The notes beneath the pieces were generated by a model. The model made no database searches and had not been told where the DNA came from. It saw nothing but the letters and a program-made list of their open reading frames with translations. A DNA stretch of 64,000 nt, from positions 402,938,001 through 403,002,000 of the forward strand of contig OZ024741.1 of assembly GCA_964016885.1 (NCBI GenBank), read 5' to 3'. Every line of letters begins with the position of its first letter. The stretch's first letter is position 1. Made by a program: the position numbers and the translations under genes. Of the stretch, positions 1 through 15,000 are shown in pieces. This stretch comes from Eledone cirrhosa. Taxonomy: Eukaryota.

Positions 1-3000
1 GTGGTCTACCTGGTCATTTACAGTCCTGTGTGTGGTCTACCTGGTCATTTACAGTCCAGTGTGTGGTCTACCTGGTCATTTACAGTACAGTGTGTGGTCT
101 ACCTGGTCATTTACATTACAGTGTGTGGTCTACCTGGTCATTTACAGTCCTGTGTGTGGTCTACCTGGTCATTTACAGTCCAGTGTGTGGTCTACCAGGT
201 CATTTACAGTCCTGTGTGTGGTCTACCTGGTCATTTACAGTCCTGTGTGTGGTCTACCTGGTCATTTACAGTCCAGTGTGTGGTCTACCTGGTCATTTAC
301 AGTACAGTGTGTGGTCTACCTGGTCATTTACAGTACAGTGTGTGGTCTACCTGGTCATTTACAGTACAGTGTGTGGTCTACCTAGTCATTTACAGTCCTG
401 TGTGTGGTCTACCTGGTCATTTACAGTCCTGTGTGTGGTCTACCTGGTCATTTACAGTACAGTGTGTGGTCTACCTGGTCATTTACAGTCCAGTGTGTGG
501 TCTACCAGGTCATTTACAGTCCTGTGTGTGGTCTACCTGGTTATTTACAGTCCTGTGTGTGGTCTACCTGGTCATTTACATTACAGTGTCTGGTCTACCT
601 GGTCATTTACAGTCCTGTGTGTGGTCTACCTGGTCATTTACAGTACAGTGTGTGGTCTACCTAGTCATTTACAGTCCAGTGTGTGGTCTACCAGGTCATT
701 TACAGTCCTGTGTGTGGTCTACCTGGTCATTTACAGTCCTGTGTGTGGTCTACCTGGTCATTTACAGTACAGTGTGTGGTCTACCTAGTCATTTACAGTC
801 CTGTGTGTGGTCTACCTGGTCATTTACAGTACAGGGTGTGGTCTACCTGGTCATTTACATTACAGTGTCTGGTCTACCTGGTCATTTACAGTCCTGTGTG
901 TGGTCTACCAGGTCATTTACAGTCCTGTGTGTGGTCTACCAGGTCATTTACATTACAGTGTGTGGTCTACCTGGTCATTTACAGTCCAGTGTGTGGTTTG
1001 CCTGGTCATTTACAGTACAGTGTGTGGTCTACCTGGTCATTTACAGTACAGTGTGTGGTCTACCTGGTCATTTACAGTACAGTGTGTGGTCTACCTGGTC
1101 ATTTACAGTACAGTGTGTGGTCTACCTGGTCATTTACAGTACAGTGTGTGGTTTGCCTGGTCATTTACAGTACAGTGTGTGGTCTACCTGGTCATTTACA
1201 GTACAGGGTGTGGTCTACCTGGTCATTTACAGTCCAGTGTGTGGTTTACCTGGTCATTTACAGTCCTATGTGTGGTCTACCTGGTCATTTACATTACAGT
1301 GTGTGGTCTACCTGGTCATTTACATTACAGTGTGTGGTCTACCTGGTCATTTACATTACAGTGTGTGGTCTACCTGGTCATTTACAGTCAGGTGTGTGGT
1401 CTACCTGGTCATTTACAGTACAGTGTGTGGTCTACCTGGTCATTTACAGTCCTGTGTATGGTCTACCTGGTTATTTACAGTCCTGTGTGTGGTCTACCTG
1501 GTCATTTACATTACAGTGTGTGGTCTACCTGGTCATTTACAGTCCTGTGTGTGGTCTACCAGGTCATTTACATTACAGTGTGTGGTCTACCTGGTCATTT
1601 ACAGTCCAGTGTGTGGTCTACCTGGTCATTTACAGGCCAGTGTGTGGTCTACCTGGTCATTTACAGTCCAGTGTGTGGTCTACCTGGTCATTTACATTAC
1701 AGTGTGTGGTCTACCTGGTTATTTACAGTCCTGTGTGTGGTCTACCAGGTCATTTACATTACAGTGTGTGGTCTACCTGGTCATTTACAGTCCAGTGTGT
1801 GGTCTACCTGGTCATTTACAGGCCAGTGTGTGGTCTACCTGGTCATTTACAGTCCAGTGTGTGGTCTACCTGGTCATTTACAGTACAGGGTGTGGTCTAC
1901 CTGGTCATTTACATTACAGTGTCTGGTCTACCTGGTCATTTACAGTCCTGTGTGTGGTCTACCTGGTCATTTACATTACAGTGTGTGGTCTACCTGGTCA
2001 TTTACAGTACAGTGTCTGGTCTACCTGGTCATTTACAGTCCTATGTGTGGTCTACCTGGTCATTTACATTACAGTGTGTGGTCTACCTGGTCATTTACAT
2101 TACAGTGTGTGGTCTACCTGGTCATTTACATTACAGTGTGTGGTCTACCTGGTCATTTACATTACAGTGTGTGGTCTACCTGGTCATTTACAGTCAGGTG
2201 TGTGGTCTACCTGGTCATTTACAGTACAGTGTGTGGTCTACCTGGTCATTTACAGTCCTGTGTATGGTCTACCTGGTTATTTACAGTCCTGTGTGTGGTC
2301 TACCTGGTCATTTACATTACAGTGTGTGGTCTACCTGGTCATTTACAGTCCTGTGTGTGGTCTACCAGGTCATTTACATTACAGTGTGTGGTCTACCTGG
2401 TCATTTACAGTCCAGTGTGTGGTCTACCTGGTCATTTACAGGCCAGTGTGTGGTCTACCTGGTCATTTACAGTCCAGTGTGTGGTCTACCTGGTCATTTA
2501 CATTACAGTGTGTGGTCTACCTGGTTATTTACAGTCCTGTGTGTGGTCTACCAGGTCATTTACATTACAGTGTGTGGTCTACCTGGTCATTTACAGTCCA
2601 GTGTGTGGTCTACCTGGTCATTTACAGGCCAGTGTGTGGTCTACCTGGTCATTTACAGTCCAGTGTGTGGTCTACCTGGTCATTTACAGTCCTGTGTGTG
2701 GTCTACCTGGTCATTTACAGTACAGGGTGTGGTCTACCTGGTCATTTACATTACAGTGTCTGGTCTACCTGGTCATTTACAGTCCTATGTGTGGTCTACC
2801 TGGTCATTTACATTACAGTGTGTGGTCTACCTGGTCATTTACAGTACAGTGTCTGGTCTACCTGGTCATTTACAGTCCTATGTGTGGTCTACCTGGTCAT
2901 TTACATTACAGTGTGTGGTCTACCTGGTCATTTACATTACAGTGTGTGGTCTACCTGGTCATTTACATTACAGTGTCTGGTCTACCTGGTCATTTACATT

Positions 3001-6000
3001 ACAGTGTGTGGTCTACCTGGTCATTTACATTACAGTGTGTGGTCTACCTGGTCATTTACATTACAGTGTGTGGTCTACCTGGTCATTTACATTACAGTGT
3101 GTGGTCTACCTGGTCATTTACATTACAGTGTGTGGTCTACCTGGTCATTTACATTACAGTGTCTGGTCTACCTGGTCATTTACATTACAGTGTGTGGTCT
3201 ACCTGGTCATTTACATTACAGTGTGTGGTCTACCTGGTCATTTACATTACAGTGTGTGGTCTACCTGGTCATTTACATTACAGTGTGTGGTCTACCTGGT
3301 CATTTACATTACAGTGTGTGGTCTACCTGGTCATTTACATTACAGTGTCTGGTCTACCTGGTCATTTACAGTCCTGTGTGTGGTCTACCTGGTCATTTAC
3401 ATTACAGTGTGTGGTCTACCTGGTCATTTACAGTACAGTGTCTGGTCTACCTGGTCATTTACAGTCCTATGTGTGGTCTACCTGGTCATTTACATTACAG
3501 TGTGTGGCCTACCTGGTCATTTACATTACAGTGTGTGGTCTACCTGGTCATCTATATTATAGTGTGTGGTCTACCTAGTCATTTACAGTCCTGTGTGTGG
3601 TCTACCTGGTCATTTACAGTCCAGTGTGTGGTCTACCTGGTCATTTACAGTACAGTGTCTGGTCTACCTGGTCATTTACAGTCCAGTGTGTGGTCTACCT
3701 GGTCATTTACAGTACAGTGTCTGGTCTACCTGGTCATTTACAGTCCTGTGTGTGGTCTACCTGGTCATTTACAGTACAGTGTCTGGTCTACCTAGTCATT
3801 TACAGTCCTGTGTGTGGTCTACCTGGTCATTTACAGTCCAGTGTGTGGTCTACCTGGTCATTTACAGTCCAGTGTGTGGTCTACCTGGTCATTTACAGTC
3901 CAGTGTGTGGTCTACCTGGTCATTTACAGTCCAGTGTGTGGTCTACCAGGTCATTTACATTATAGTGTGTGGTCTACCTAGTCATTTACAGTCCTGTGTG
4001 TGGTCTACCTGGTCATTTACAGTCCTGTGTGTGGTCTACCAGGTCATTTACAGTACAGTGTCTGGTCTACCAGGTCATTTACAGTACAGTGTCTGGTCTA
4101 CCTGGTCATTTACAGTCCAGTGTGTGGTCTACCTGGTCATTTACAGTCCTGTGTGTGGTCTACCTGGTCATTTACATTATAGTGTGTGGTCTACCTGGTC
4201 ATTTACAGTACAGTGTCTGGTCTACCTAGTCATTTACAGTCCTGTGTGTGGTCTACCTGGTCATTTACAGTCCAGTGTGTGGTCTACCTGGTCATTTACA
4301 TTATAGTGTGTGGTCTACCTGGTCATTTACAGTACAGTGTGTGGTCTACCAGGTCATTTACAGTCCTGTATGTGGTCTACCAGGTCATTTACAGTCCTGT
4401 GTGTTGTCTACCTGGTCATTTACAGTACAGTGTCTGGTCTACCTAGTCATTTACAGTCCTGTGTGTGGTCTACCTGTTCATTTACAGTACAGTGTCTGGT
4501 CTACCTGGTCATTTACAGTCCAGTGTGTGGTCTACCTGGTCATTTACATTACAGTGTGTGGTCTACCTGGTCATTTACAGTACAGTGTGTGGTCTACCTG
4601 GTCATTTACAGTCCAGTGTGTGGTCTACCAGGTCATTTACAGTACAGTGTGTGGTCTACCTGGTCATTTACAGTACAGTGTGTGGTCTACCTGGTCATTT
4701 ACATTACAGTGTGTGGTCTACCTGGTCATTTACATTACAGTGTGTGGTCTACCTAGTCATTTACAGTCCAGTGTGTTGTCTACCTGGTCATTTACAGTAC
4801 AGTGTCTGGTCTACCTGGTCATTTACAGTCCAGTGTGTGGTCTACCTGGTCATTTACATTACAGTGTGTGGTCTACCTGGTCATTTACAGTACAGTGTGT
4901 GGTCTACCTGGTCATTTACAGTACAGTGTCTGGTCTACCTGGTCATTTACAGTCCAGTGTGTGGTCTACCTGGTCAGTTACATTACAGTGTGTGGTCTAC
5001 CTGGTCATTTACAGTACAGTGTCTTGTCTACCTAGTCATTTACAGTCCTGTGTGTGGTCTACCTGGTCATTTACAGTCCAGTGTGTGGTCTACCTGGTCA
5101 TTTACATTATAGTGTGTGGTCTACCTGGTCATTTACAGTACAGTGTGTGGTCTACCAGGTCATTTACATTATAGTGTGTGGTCTACCTAGTCATTTACAG
5201 TCCTGTGTGTGGTCTACCTGGTCATTTACAGTACAGTGTGTGGTCTACCTGGTCATTTACAGTACAGTGTCTGGTCTACCTGGTCATTTACAGTCCTGTG
5301 TGTGGTCTACCAGGTCATTTACAGTACAGTGTGTGGTCTACCTAGTCATTTACATTACAGTGTGTGGTCTACCTGGTCATTTACAGTATAGTGTCTGGTC
5401 TACCTGGTCATTTACAGTACAGTGTCTGGTCTACCTGGTCATTTACAGTACAGTGTCTGGTCTACCTGGTCATTTACAGTCCTGTGTCTGGTCTACCAGG
5501 TCATTTACAGTACAGTGTGTGGTCTACCAGGTCATTTACAGTACAGTGTCTGGTCTACCTGGTCATTTACAGTCCTGTGTGTGGTCTACCAGGTCATTTA
5601 CAGTACAGTGTCTGGTCTACCTGGTCATTTACAGTCCTGTGTGTGGTCTACCAGGTCATTTACAGTACAGTGTGTGGTCTACCTAGTCATTTACATTACA
5701 GTGTGTGGTCTACCTGGTCATTTACAGTACAGTGTCTGCTCTACCTGGTCATTTACAGTACAGTGTGTGGTCTACCAGGTCATTTACAGTACAGTGTCTG
5801 GTCTACCTGGTCATTTACAGTACAGTGTCTGGTCTACCTGGTCATTTACAGTACAGTGTGTGGTCTACCAGGTCATTTACAGTACAGTGTCTGGTCTACC
5901 TGGTCATTTACAGTACAGTGTGTGGTCTACCAGGTCATTTACAGTACAGTGTCTGGTCTACCTGGTCATTTACATTACAGTGTGTGGCCTACCTGGTCAT

Positions 6001-9000
6001 TTACATTACAGTGTCTGGTCTACCTGGTCATTTACAGTCCTGTGTGTGGTCTACCTGGTCATTTACATTACAGTGTGTGGTCTACCTGGTCATTTACAGT
6101 ACAGTGTCTGGTCTACCTGGTCATTTACAGTCCTATGTGTGGTCTACCTGGTCATTTACATTACAGTGTGTGGCCTACCTGGTCATTTACATTACAGTGT
6201 GTGGTCTACCTGGTCATCTATATTATAGTGTGTGGTCTACCTAGTCATTTACAGTCCTGTGTGTGGTCTACCTGGTCATTTACAGTCCAGTGTGTGGTCT
6301 ACCTGGTCATTTACAGTACAGTGTCTGGTCTACCTGGTCATTTACATTACAGTGTGTGGTCTACCTGGTCATTTACATTACAGTGTGTGGTCTACCTGGT
6401 CATTTACATTACAGTGTGTGGTCTACCTGGTCATTTACATTACAGTGTGTGGTCTACCTGGTCATTTACATTACAGTGTCTGGTCTACCTGGTCATTTAC
6501 AGTCCTGTGTGTGGTCTACCTGGTCATTTACATTACAGTGTGTGGTCTACCTGGTCATTTACAGTACAGTGTCTGGTCTACCTGGTCATTTACAGTCCTA
6601 TGTGTGGTCTACCTGGTCATTTACATTACAGTGTGTGGTCTACCTGGTCATTTACATTACAGTGTGTGGTCTACCTGGTCATTTACATTATAGTGTGTGG
6701 TCTACCTAGTCATTTACAGTCCTGTGTGTGGTCTACCTGGTCATTTACAGTCCAGTGTGTGGTCTACCTGGTCATTTACAGTACAGTGTCTGGTCTACCT
6801 GGTCATTTACAGTCCAGTGTGTGGTCTAGCTGGTCATTTACAGTACAGTGTCTGGTCTACCTGGTCATTTACAGTCCTGTGTGTGGTCTACCTGGTCATT
6901 TACAGTACAGTGTCTGGTCTACCTAGTCATTTACAGTCCTGTGTGTGGTCTACCTGGTCATTTACAGTCCAGTGTGTGGTCTACCTGGTCATTTACAGTC
7001 CAGTGTGTGGTCTACCTGGTCATTTACAGTCCAGTGTGTGGTCTACCTGGTCATTTACAGTCCAGTGTGTGGTCTACCTGGTTATTTACAGTACAGGGTG
7101 TGGTCTACCTGGTCATTTACAGTACAGTGTGTGGTCTACCTGGTCATTTACAGTACAGTGTGTGGTCTACCTAGTCATTTACAGTCCTGTGTGTGGTCTA
7201 CCTGGTCATTTACAGTCCTGTGTGTGGTCTACCTGGTCATTTACAGTCCTGTGTGTGGTCTACCTGGTCATTTACAGTCCTGTGTGTGGTCTACCTGGTC
7301 ATTTACAGTCCAGTGTGTGGTCTACCTGGTCATTTACAGTACAGTGTGTGGTCTACCTAGTCATTTACTGTCCTGTGTGTGGTCTACCTGGTCATTTACA
7401 GTCCTGTGTGTGGTCTACCTGGTCATTTACAGTCCTGTGTGTGGTCTACCTAGTCATTTACAGTCCTGTGTGTGGTCTACCTGGTCATTTACAGTCCAGC
7501 GTGTGGTCTACCTGGTCATTTACAGTACAGTGTGTGGTCTACCTGGTCATTTACATTACAGTGTGTGGTCTACCTGGTCATTTACAGTCCAGTGTGTGGT
7601 CTACCTGGTCATTTACAGTCCTGTGTGTGGTCTACCTAGTCATTTACAGTCCTGTGTGTGGTCTACCTGGTCATTTACAGTACAGTGTGTGGTCTACCTG
7701 GTCATTTACATTACAGTGTGTGGTCTACCTGGTCATTTACAGTCCTGTGTGTGGTCTACCTGGTCATTTACAGTCCTGTGTGTGGTCTACCTGGTCATTT
7801 ACAGTCCAGTGTGTGGTCTACCTGGTCATTTACAGTACAGTGTGTGGTCTACCTGGTCATTTACATTACAGTGTGTGGTCTACCTGGTCATTTACAGTCC
7901 TGTGTGTGGTCTACCTGGTCATTTACAGTCCTGTGTGTGGTCTACCTGGTCATTTACAGTCCTGTGTGTGGTCTACCTGGTCATTTACATTACAGTGTGT
8001 GGTCTACCTGGTCATTTACATTACAGTGTGTGGTCTACCTGGTCATTTACAGTCCTGTGTGTGGTCTACCTGGTCATTTACAGTCCAGTGTGTGGTCTAC
8101 CAGGTCATTTACAGTCCTGTGTGTGGTCTACCTGGTCATTTACAGTCCTGTGTGTGGTCTACCTGGTCATTTACAGTCCAGTGTGTGGTCTACCTGGTCA
8201 TTTACAGTACAGTGTGTGGTCTACCTGGTCATTTACAGTACAGTGTGTGGTCTACCTGGTCATTTACAGTACAGTGTGTGGTCTACCTAGTCATTTACAG
8301 TCCTGTGTGTGGTCTACCTGGTCATTTACAGTCCTGTGTGTGGTCTACCTGGTCATTTACAGTACAGTGTGTGGTCTACCTGGTCATTTACAGTCCAGTG
8401 TGTGGTCTACCAGGTCATTTACAGTCCTGTGTGTGGTCTACCTGGTTATTTACAGTCCTGTGTGTGGTCTACCTGGTCATTTACATTACAGTGTCTGGTC
8501 TACCTGGTCATTTACAGTCCTGTGTGTGGTCTACCTGGTCATTTACAGTACAGTGTGTGGTCTACCTAGTCATTTACAGTCCAGTGTGTGGTCTACCAGG
8601 TCATTTACAGTCCTGTGTGTGGTCTACCTGGTCATTTACAGTCCTGTGTGTGGTCTACCTGGTCATTTACAGTACAGTGTGTGGTCTACCTAGTCATTTA
8701 CAGTCCTGTGTGTGGTCTACCTGGTCATTTACAGTACAGGGTGTGGTCTACCTGGTCATTTACATTACAGTGTCTGGTCTACCTGGTCATTTACAGTCCT
8801 GTGTGTGGTCTACCAGGTCATTTACAGTCCTGTGTGTGGTCTACCAGGTCATTTACATTACAGTGTGTGGTCTACCTGGTCATTTACAGTCCAGTGTGTG
8901 GTTTGCCTGGTCATTTACAGTACAGTGTGTGGTCTACCTGGTCATTTACAGTACAGTGTGTGGTCTACCTGGTCATTTACAGTACAGTGTGTGGTCTACC

Positions 9001-12000
9001 TGGTCATTTACAGTACAGTGTGTGGTCTACCTGGTCATTTACAGTACAGTGTGTGGTTTGCCTGGTCATTTACAGTACAGTGTGTGGTCTACCTGGTCAT
9101 TTACAGTACAGGGTGTGGTCTACCTGGTCATTTACAGTCCAGTGTGTGGTTTACCTGGTCATTTACAGTCCTATGTGTGGTCTACCTGGTCATTTACATT
9201 ACAGTGTGTGGTCTACCTGGTCATTTACATTACAGTGTGTGGTCTACCTGGTCATTTACATTACAGTGTGTGGTCTACCTGGTCATTTACAGTCAGGTGT
9301 GTGGTCTACCTGGTCATTTACAGTACAGTGTGTGGTCTACCTGGTCATTTACAGTCCTGTGTATGGTCTACCTGGTTATTTACAGTCCTGTGTGTGGTCT
9401 ACCTGGTCATTTACATTACAGTGTGTGGTCTACCTGGTCATTTACAGTCCTGTGTGTGGTCTACCAGGTCATTTACATTACAGTGTGTGGTCTACCTGGT
9501 CATTTACAGTCCAGTGTGTGGTCTACCTGGTCATTTACAGGCCAGTGTGTGGTCTACCTGGTCATTTACAGTCCAGTGTGTGGTCTACCTGGTCATTTAC
9601 ATTACAGTGTGTGGTCTACCTGGTTATTTACAGTCCTGTGTGTGGTCTACCAGGTCATTTACATTACAGTGTGTGGTCTACCTGGTCATTTACAGTCCAG
9701 TGTGTGGTCTACCTGGTCATTTACAGGCCAGTGTGTGGTCTACCTGGTCATTTACAGTCCAGTGTGTGGTCTACCTGGTCATTTACAGTACAGGGTGTGG
9801 TCTACCTGGTCATTTACATTACAGTGTCTGGTCTACCTGGTCATTTACAGTCCTGTGTGTGGTCTACCTGGTCATTTACATTACAGTGTGTGGTCTACCT
9901 GGTCATTTACAGTACAGTGTCTGGTCTACCTGGTCATTTACAGTCCTATGTGTGGTCTACCTGGTCATTTACATTACAGTGTGTGGTCTACCTGGTCATT
10001 TACATTACAGTGTGTGGTCTACCTGGTCATTTACATTACAGTGTGTGGTCTACCTGGTCATTTACATTACAGTGTGTGGTCTACCTGGTCATTTACAGTC
10101 AGGTGTGTGGTCTACCTGGTCATTTACAGTACAGTGTGTGGTCTACCTGGTCATTTACAGTCCTGTGTATGGTCTACCTGGTTATTTACAGTCCTGTGTG
10201 TGGTCTACCTGGTCATTTACATTACAGTGTGTGGTCTACCTGGTCATTTACAGTCCTGTGTGTGGTCTACCAGGTCATTTACATTACAGTGTGTGGTCTA
10301 CCTGGTCATTTACAGTCCAGTGTGTGGTCTACCTGGTCATTTACAGGCCAGTGTGTGGTCTACCTGGTCATTTACAGTCCAGTGTGTGGTCTACCTGGTC
10401 ATTTACATTACAGTGTGTGGTCTACCTGGTTATTTACAGTCCTGTGTGTGGTCTACCAGGTCATTTACATTACAGTGTGTGGTCTACCTGGTCATTTACA
10501 GTCCAGTGTGTGGTCTACCTGGTCATTTACAGGCCAGTGTGTGGTCTACCTGGTCATTTACAGTCCAGTGTGTGGTCTACCTGGTCATTTACAGTCCTGT
10601 GTGTGGTCTACCTGGTCATTTACAGTACAGGGTGTGGTCTACCTGGTCATTTACATTACAGTGTCTGGTCTACCTGGTCATTTACAGTCCTATGTGTGGT
10701 CTACCTGGTCATTTACATTACAGTGTGTGGTCTACCTGGTCATTTACAGTACAGTGTCTGGTCTACCTGGTCATTTACAGTCCTATGTGTGGTCTACCTG
10801 GTCATTTACATTACAGTGTGTGGTCTACCTGGTCATTTACATTACAGTGTGTGGTCTACCTGGTCATTTACATTACAGTGTCTGGTCTACCTGGTCATTT
10901 ACATTACAGTGTGTGGTCTACCTGGTCATTTACATTACAGTGTGTGGTCTACCTGGTCATTTACATTACAGTGTGTGGTCTACCTGGTCATTTACATTAC
11001 AGTGTGTGGTCTACCTGGTCATTTACATTACAGTGTCTGGTCTACCTGGTCATTTACATTACAGTGTGTGGTCTACCTGGTCATTTACATTACAGTGTGT
11101 GGTCTACCTGGTCATTTACATTACAGTGTGTGGTCTACCTGGTCATTTACATTACAGTGTGTGGTCTACCTGGTCATTTACATTACAGTGTGTGGTCTAC
11201 CTGGTCATTTACATTACAGTGTCTGGTCTACCTGGTCATTTACAGTCCTGTGTGTGGTCTACCTGGTCATTTACATTACAGTGTGTGGTCTACCTGGTCA
11301 TTTACAGTACAGTGTCTGGTCTACCTGGTCATTTACAGTCCTATGTGTGGTCTACCTGGTCATTTACATTACAGTGTGTGGCCTACCTGGTCATTTACAT
11401 TACAGTGTGTGGTCTACCTGGTCATCTATATTATAGTGTGTGGTCTACCTAGTCATTTACAGTCCTGTGTGTGGTCTACCTGGTCATTTACAGTCCAGTG
11501 TGTGGTCTACCTGGTCATTTACAGTACAGTGTCTGGTCTACCTGGTCATTTACAGTCCAGTGTGTGGTCTACCTGGTCATTTACAGTACAGTGTCTGGTC
11601 TACCTGGTCATTTACAGTCCTGTGTGTGGTCTACCTGGTCATTTACAGTACAGTGTCTGGTCTACCTAGTCATTTACAGTCCTGTGTGTGGTCTACCTGG
11701 TCATTTACAGTCCAGTGTGTGGTCTACCTGGTCATTTACAGTCCAGTGTGTGGTCTACCTGGTCATTTACAGTCCAGTGTGTGGTCTACCTGGTCATTTA
11801 CAGTCCAGTGTGTGGTCTACCAGGTCATTTACATTATAGTGTGTGGTCTACCTAGTCATTTACAGTCCTGTGTGTGGTCTACCTGGTCATTTACAGTCCT
11901 GTGTGTGGTCTACCAGGTCATTTACAGTACAGTGTCTGGTCTACCAGGTCATTTACAGTACAGTGTCTGGTCTACCTGGTCATTTACAGTCCAGTGTGTG

Positions 12001-15000
12001 GTCTACCTGGTCATTTACAGTCCTGTGTGTGGTCTACCTGGTCATTTACATTATAGTGTGTGGTCTACCTGGTCATTTACAGTACAGTGTCTGGTCTACC
12101 TAGTCATTTACAGTCCTGTGTGTGGTCTACCTGGTCATTTACAGTCCAGTGTGTGGTCTACCTGGTCATTTACATTATAGTGTGTGGTCTACCTGGTCAT
12201 TTACAGTACAGTGTGTGGTCTACCAGGTCATTTACAGTCCTGTGTGTTGTCTACCTGGTCATTTACAGTACAGTGTCTGGTCTACCTAGTCATTTACAGT
12301 CCTGTGTGTGGTCTACCTGTTCATTTACAGTACAGTGTCTGGTCTACCTGGTCATTTACAGTCCAGTGTGTGGTCTACCTGGTCATTTACATTACAGTGT
12401 GTGGTCTACCTGGTCATTTACAGTACAGTGTGTGGTCTACCTGGTCATTTACAGTCCAGTGTGTGGTCTACCAGGTCATTTACAGTACAGTGTGTGGTCT
12501 ACCTGGTCATTTACAGTACAGTGTGTGGTCTACCTGGTCATTTACATTACAGTGTGTGGTCTACCTGGTCATTTACATTACAGTGTGTGGTCTACCTAGT
12601 CATTTACAGTCCAGTGTGTTGTCTACCTGGTCATTTACAGTACAGTGTCTGGTCTACCTGGTCATTTACAGTCCAGTGTGTGGTCTACCTGGTCATTTAC
12701 ATTACAGTGTGTGGTCTACCTGGTCATTTACAGTACAGTGTGTGGTCTACCTGGTCATTTACAGTACAGTGTCTGGTCTACCTGGTCATTTACAGTCCAG
12801 TGTGTGGTCTACCTGGTCAGTTACATTACAGTGTGTGGTCTACCTGGTCATTTACAGTACAGTGTCTTGTCTACCTAGTCATTTACAGTCCTGTGTGTGG
12901 TCTACCTGGTCATTTACAGTCCAGTGTGTGGTCTACCTGGTCATTTACATTATAGTGTGTGGTCTACCTGGTCATTTACAGTACAGTGTGTGGTCTACCA
13001 GGTCATTTACATTATAGTGTGTGGTCTACCTAGTCATTTACAGTCCTGTGTGTGGTCTACCTGGTCATTTACAGTACAGTGTGTGGTCTACCTGGTCATT
13101 TACAGTACAGTGTCTGGTCTACCTGGTCATTTACAGTCCTGTGTGTGGTCTACCAGGTCATTTACAGTACAGTGTGTGGTCTACCTAGTCATTTACATTA
13201 CAGTGTGTGGTCTACCTGGTCATTTACAGTATAGTGTCTGGTCTACCTGGTCATTTACAGTACAGTGTCTGGTCTACCTGGTCATTTACAGTACAGTGTC
13301 TGGTCTACCTGGTCATTTACAGTCCTGTGTCTGGTCTACCAGGTCATTTACAGTACAGTGTGTGGTCTACCAGGTCATTTACAGTACAGTGTCTGGTCTA
13401 CCTGGTCATTTACAGTCCTGTGTGTGGTCTACCAGGTCATTTACAGTACAGTGTCTGGTCTACCTGGTCATTTACAGTCCTGTGTGTGGTCTACCAGGTC
13501 ATTTACAGTACAGTGTGTGGTCTACCTAGTCATTTACATTACAGTGTGTGGTCTACCTGGTCATTTACAGTACAGTGTCTGCTCTACCTGGTCATTTACA
13601 GTACAGTGTGTGGTCTACCAGGTCATTTACAGTACAGTGTCTGGTCTACCTGGTCATTTACAGTACAGTGTCTGGTCTACCTGGTCATTTACAGTACAGT
13701 GTGTGGTCTACCAGGTCATTTACAGTACAGTGTCTGGTCTACCTGGTCATTTACAGTACAGTGTGTGGTCTACCAGGTCATTTACAGTACAGTGTCTGGT
13801 CTACCTGGTCATTTACATTACAGTGTGTGGCCTACCTGGTCATTTACATTACAGTGTCTGGTCTACCTGGTCATTTACAGTCCTGTGTGTGGTCTACCTG
13901 GTCATTTACATTACAGTGTGTGGTCTACCTGGTCATTTACAGTACAGTGTCTGGTCTACCTGGTCATTTACAGTCCTATGTGTGGTCTACCTGGTCATTT
14001 ACATTACAGTGTGTGGCCTACCTGGTCATTTACATTACAGTGTGTGGTCTACCTGGTCATCTATATTATAGTGTGTGGTCTACCTAGTCATTTACAGTCC
14101 TGTGTGTGGTCTACCTGGTCATTTACAGTCCAGTGTGTGGTCTACCTGGTCATTTACAGTACAGTGTCTGGTCTACCTGGTCATTTACAGTCCAGTGTGT
14201 GGTCTACCTGGTCATTTACAGTACAGTGTCTGGTCTACCTGGTCATTTACAGTCCTGTGTGTGGTCTACCTGGTCATTTACAGTACAGTGTCTGGTCTAC
14301 CTAGTCATTTACAGTCCTGTGTGTGGTCTACCTGGTCATTTACAGTCCAGTGTGTGGTCTACCTGGTCATTTACAGTCCAGTGTGTGGTCTACCTGGTCA
14401 TTTACAGTCCAGTGTGTGGTCTACCTGGTCATTTACAGTCCAGTGTGTGGTCTACCAGGTCATTTACATTATAGTGTGTGGTCTACCTAGTCATTTACAG
14501 TCCTGTGTGTGGTCTACCTGGTCATTTACAGTCCTGTGTGTGGTCTACCAGGTCATTTACAGTACAGTGTCTGGTCTACCAGGTCATTTACAGTACAGTG
14601 TCTGGTCTACCTGGTCATTTACAGTCCAGTGTGTGGTCTACCTGGTCATTTACAGTCCTGTGTGTGGTCTACCTGGTCATTTACATTATAGTGTGTGGTC
14701 TACCTGGTCATTTACAGTACAGTGTCTGGTCTACCTAGTCATTTACAGTCCTGTGTGTGGTCTACCTGGTCATTTACAGTCCAGTGTGTGGTCTACCTGG
14801 TCATTTACATTATAGTGTGTGGTCTACCTGGTCATTTACAGTACAGTGTGTGGTCTACCAGGTCATTTACAGTCCTGTGTGTGGTCTACCAGGTCATTTA
14901 CAGTCCTGTGTGTTGTCTACCTGGTCATTTACAGTACAGTGTCTGGTCTACCTAGTCATTTACAGTCCTGTGTGTGGTCTACCTGTTCATTTACAGTACA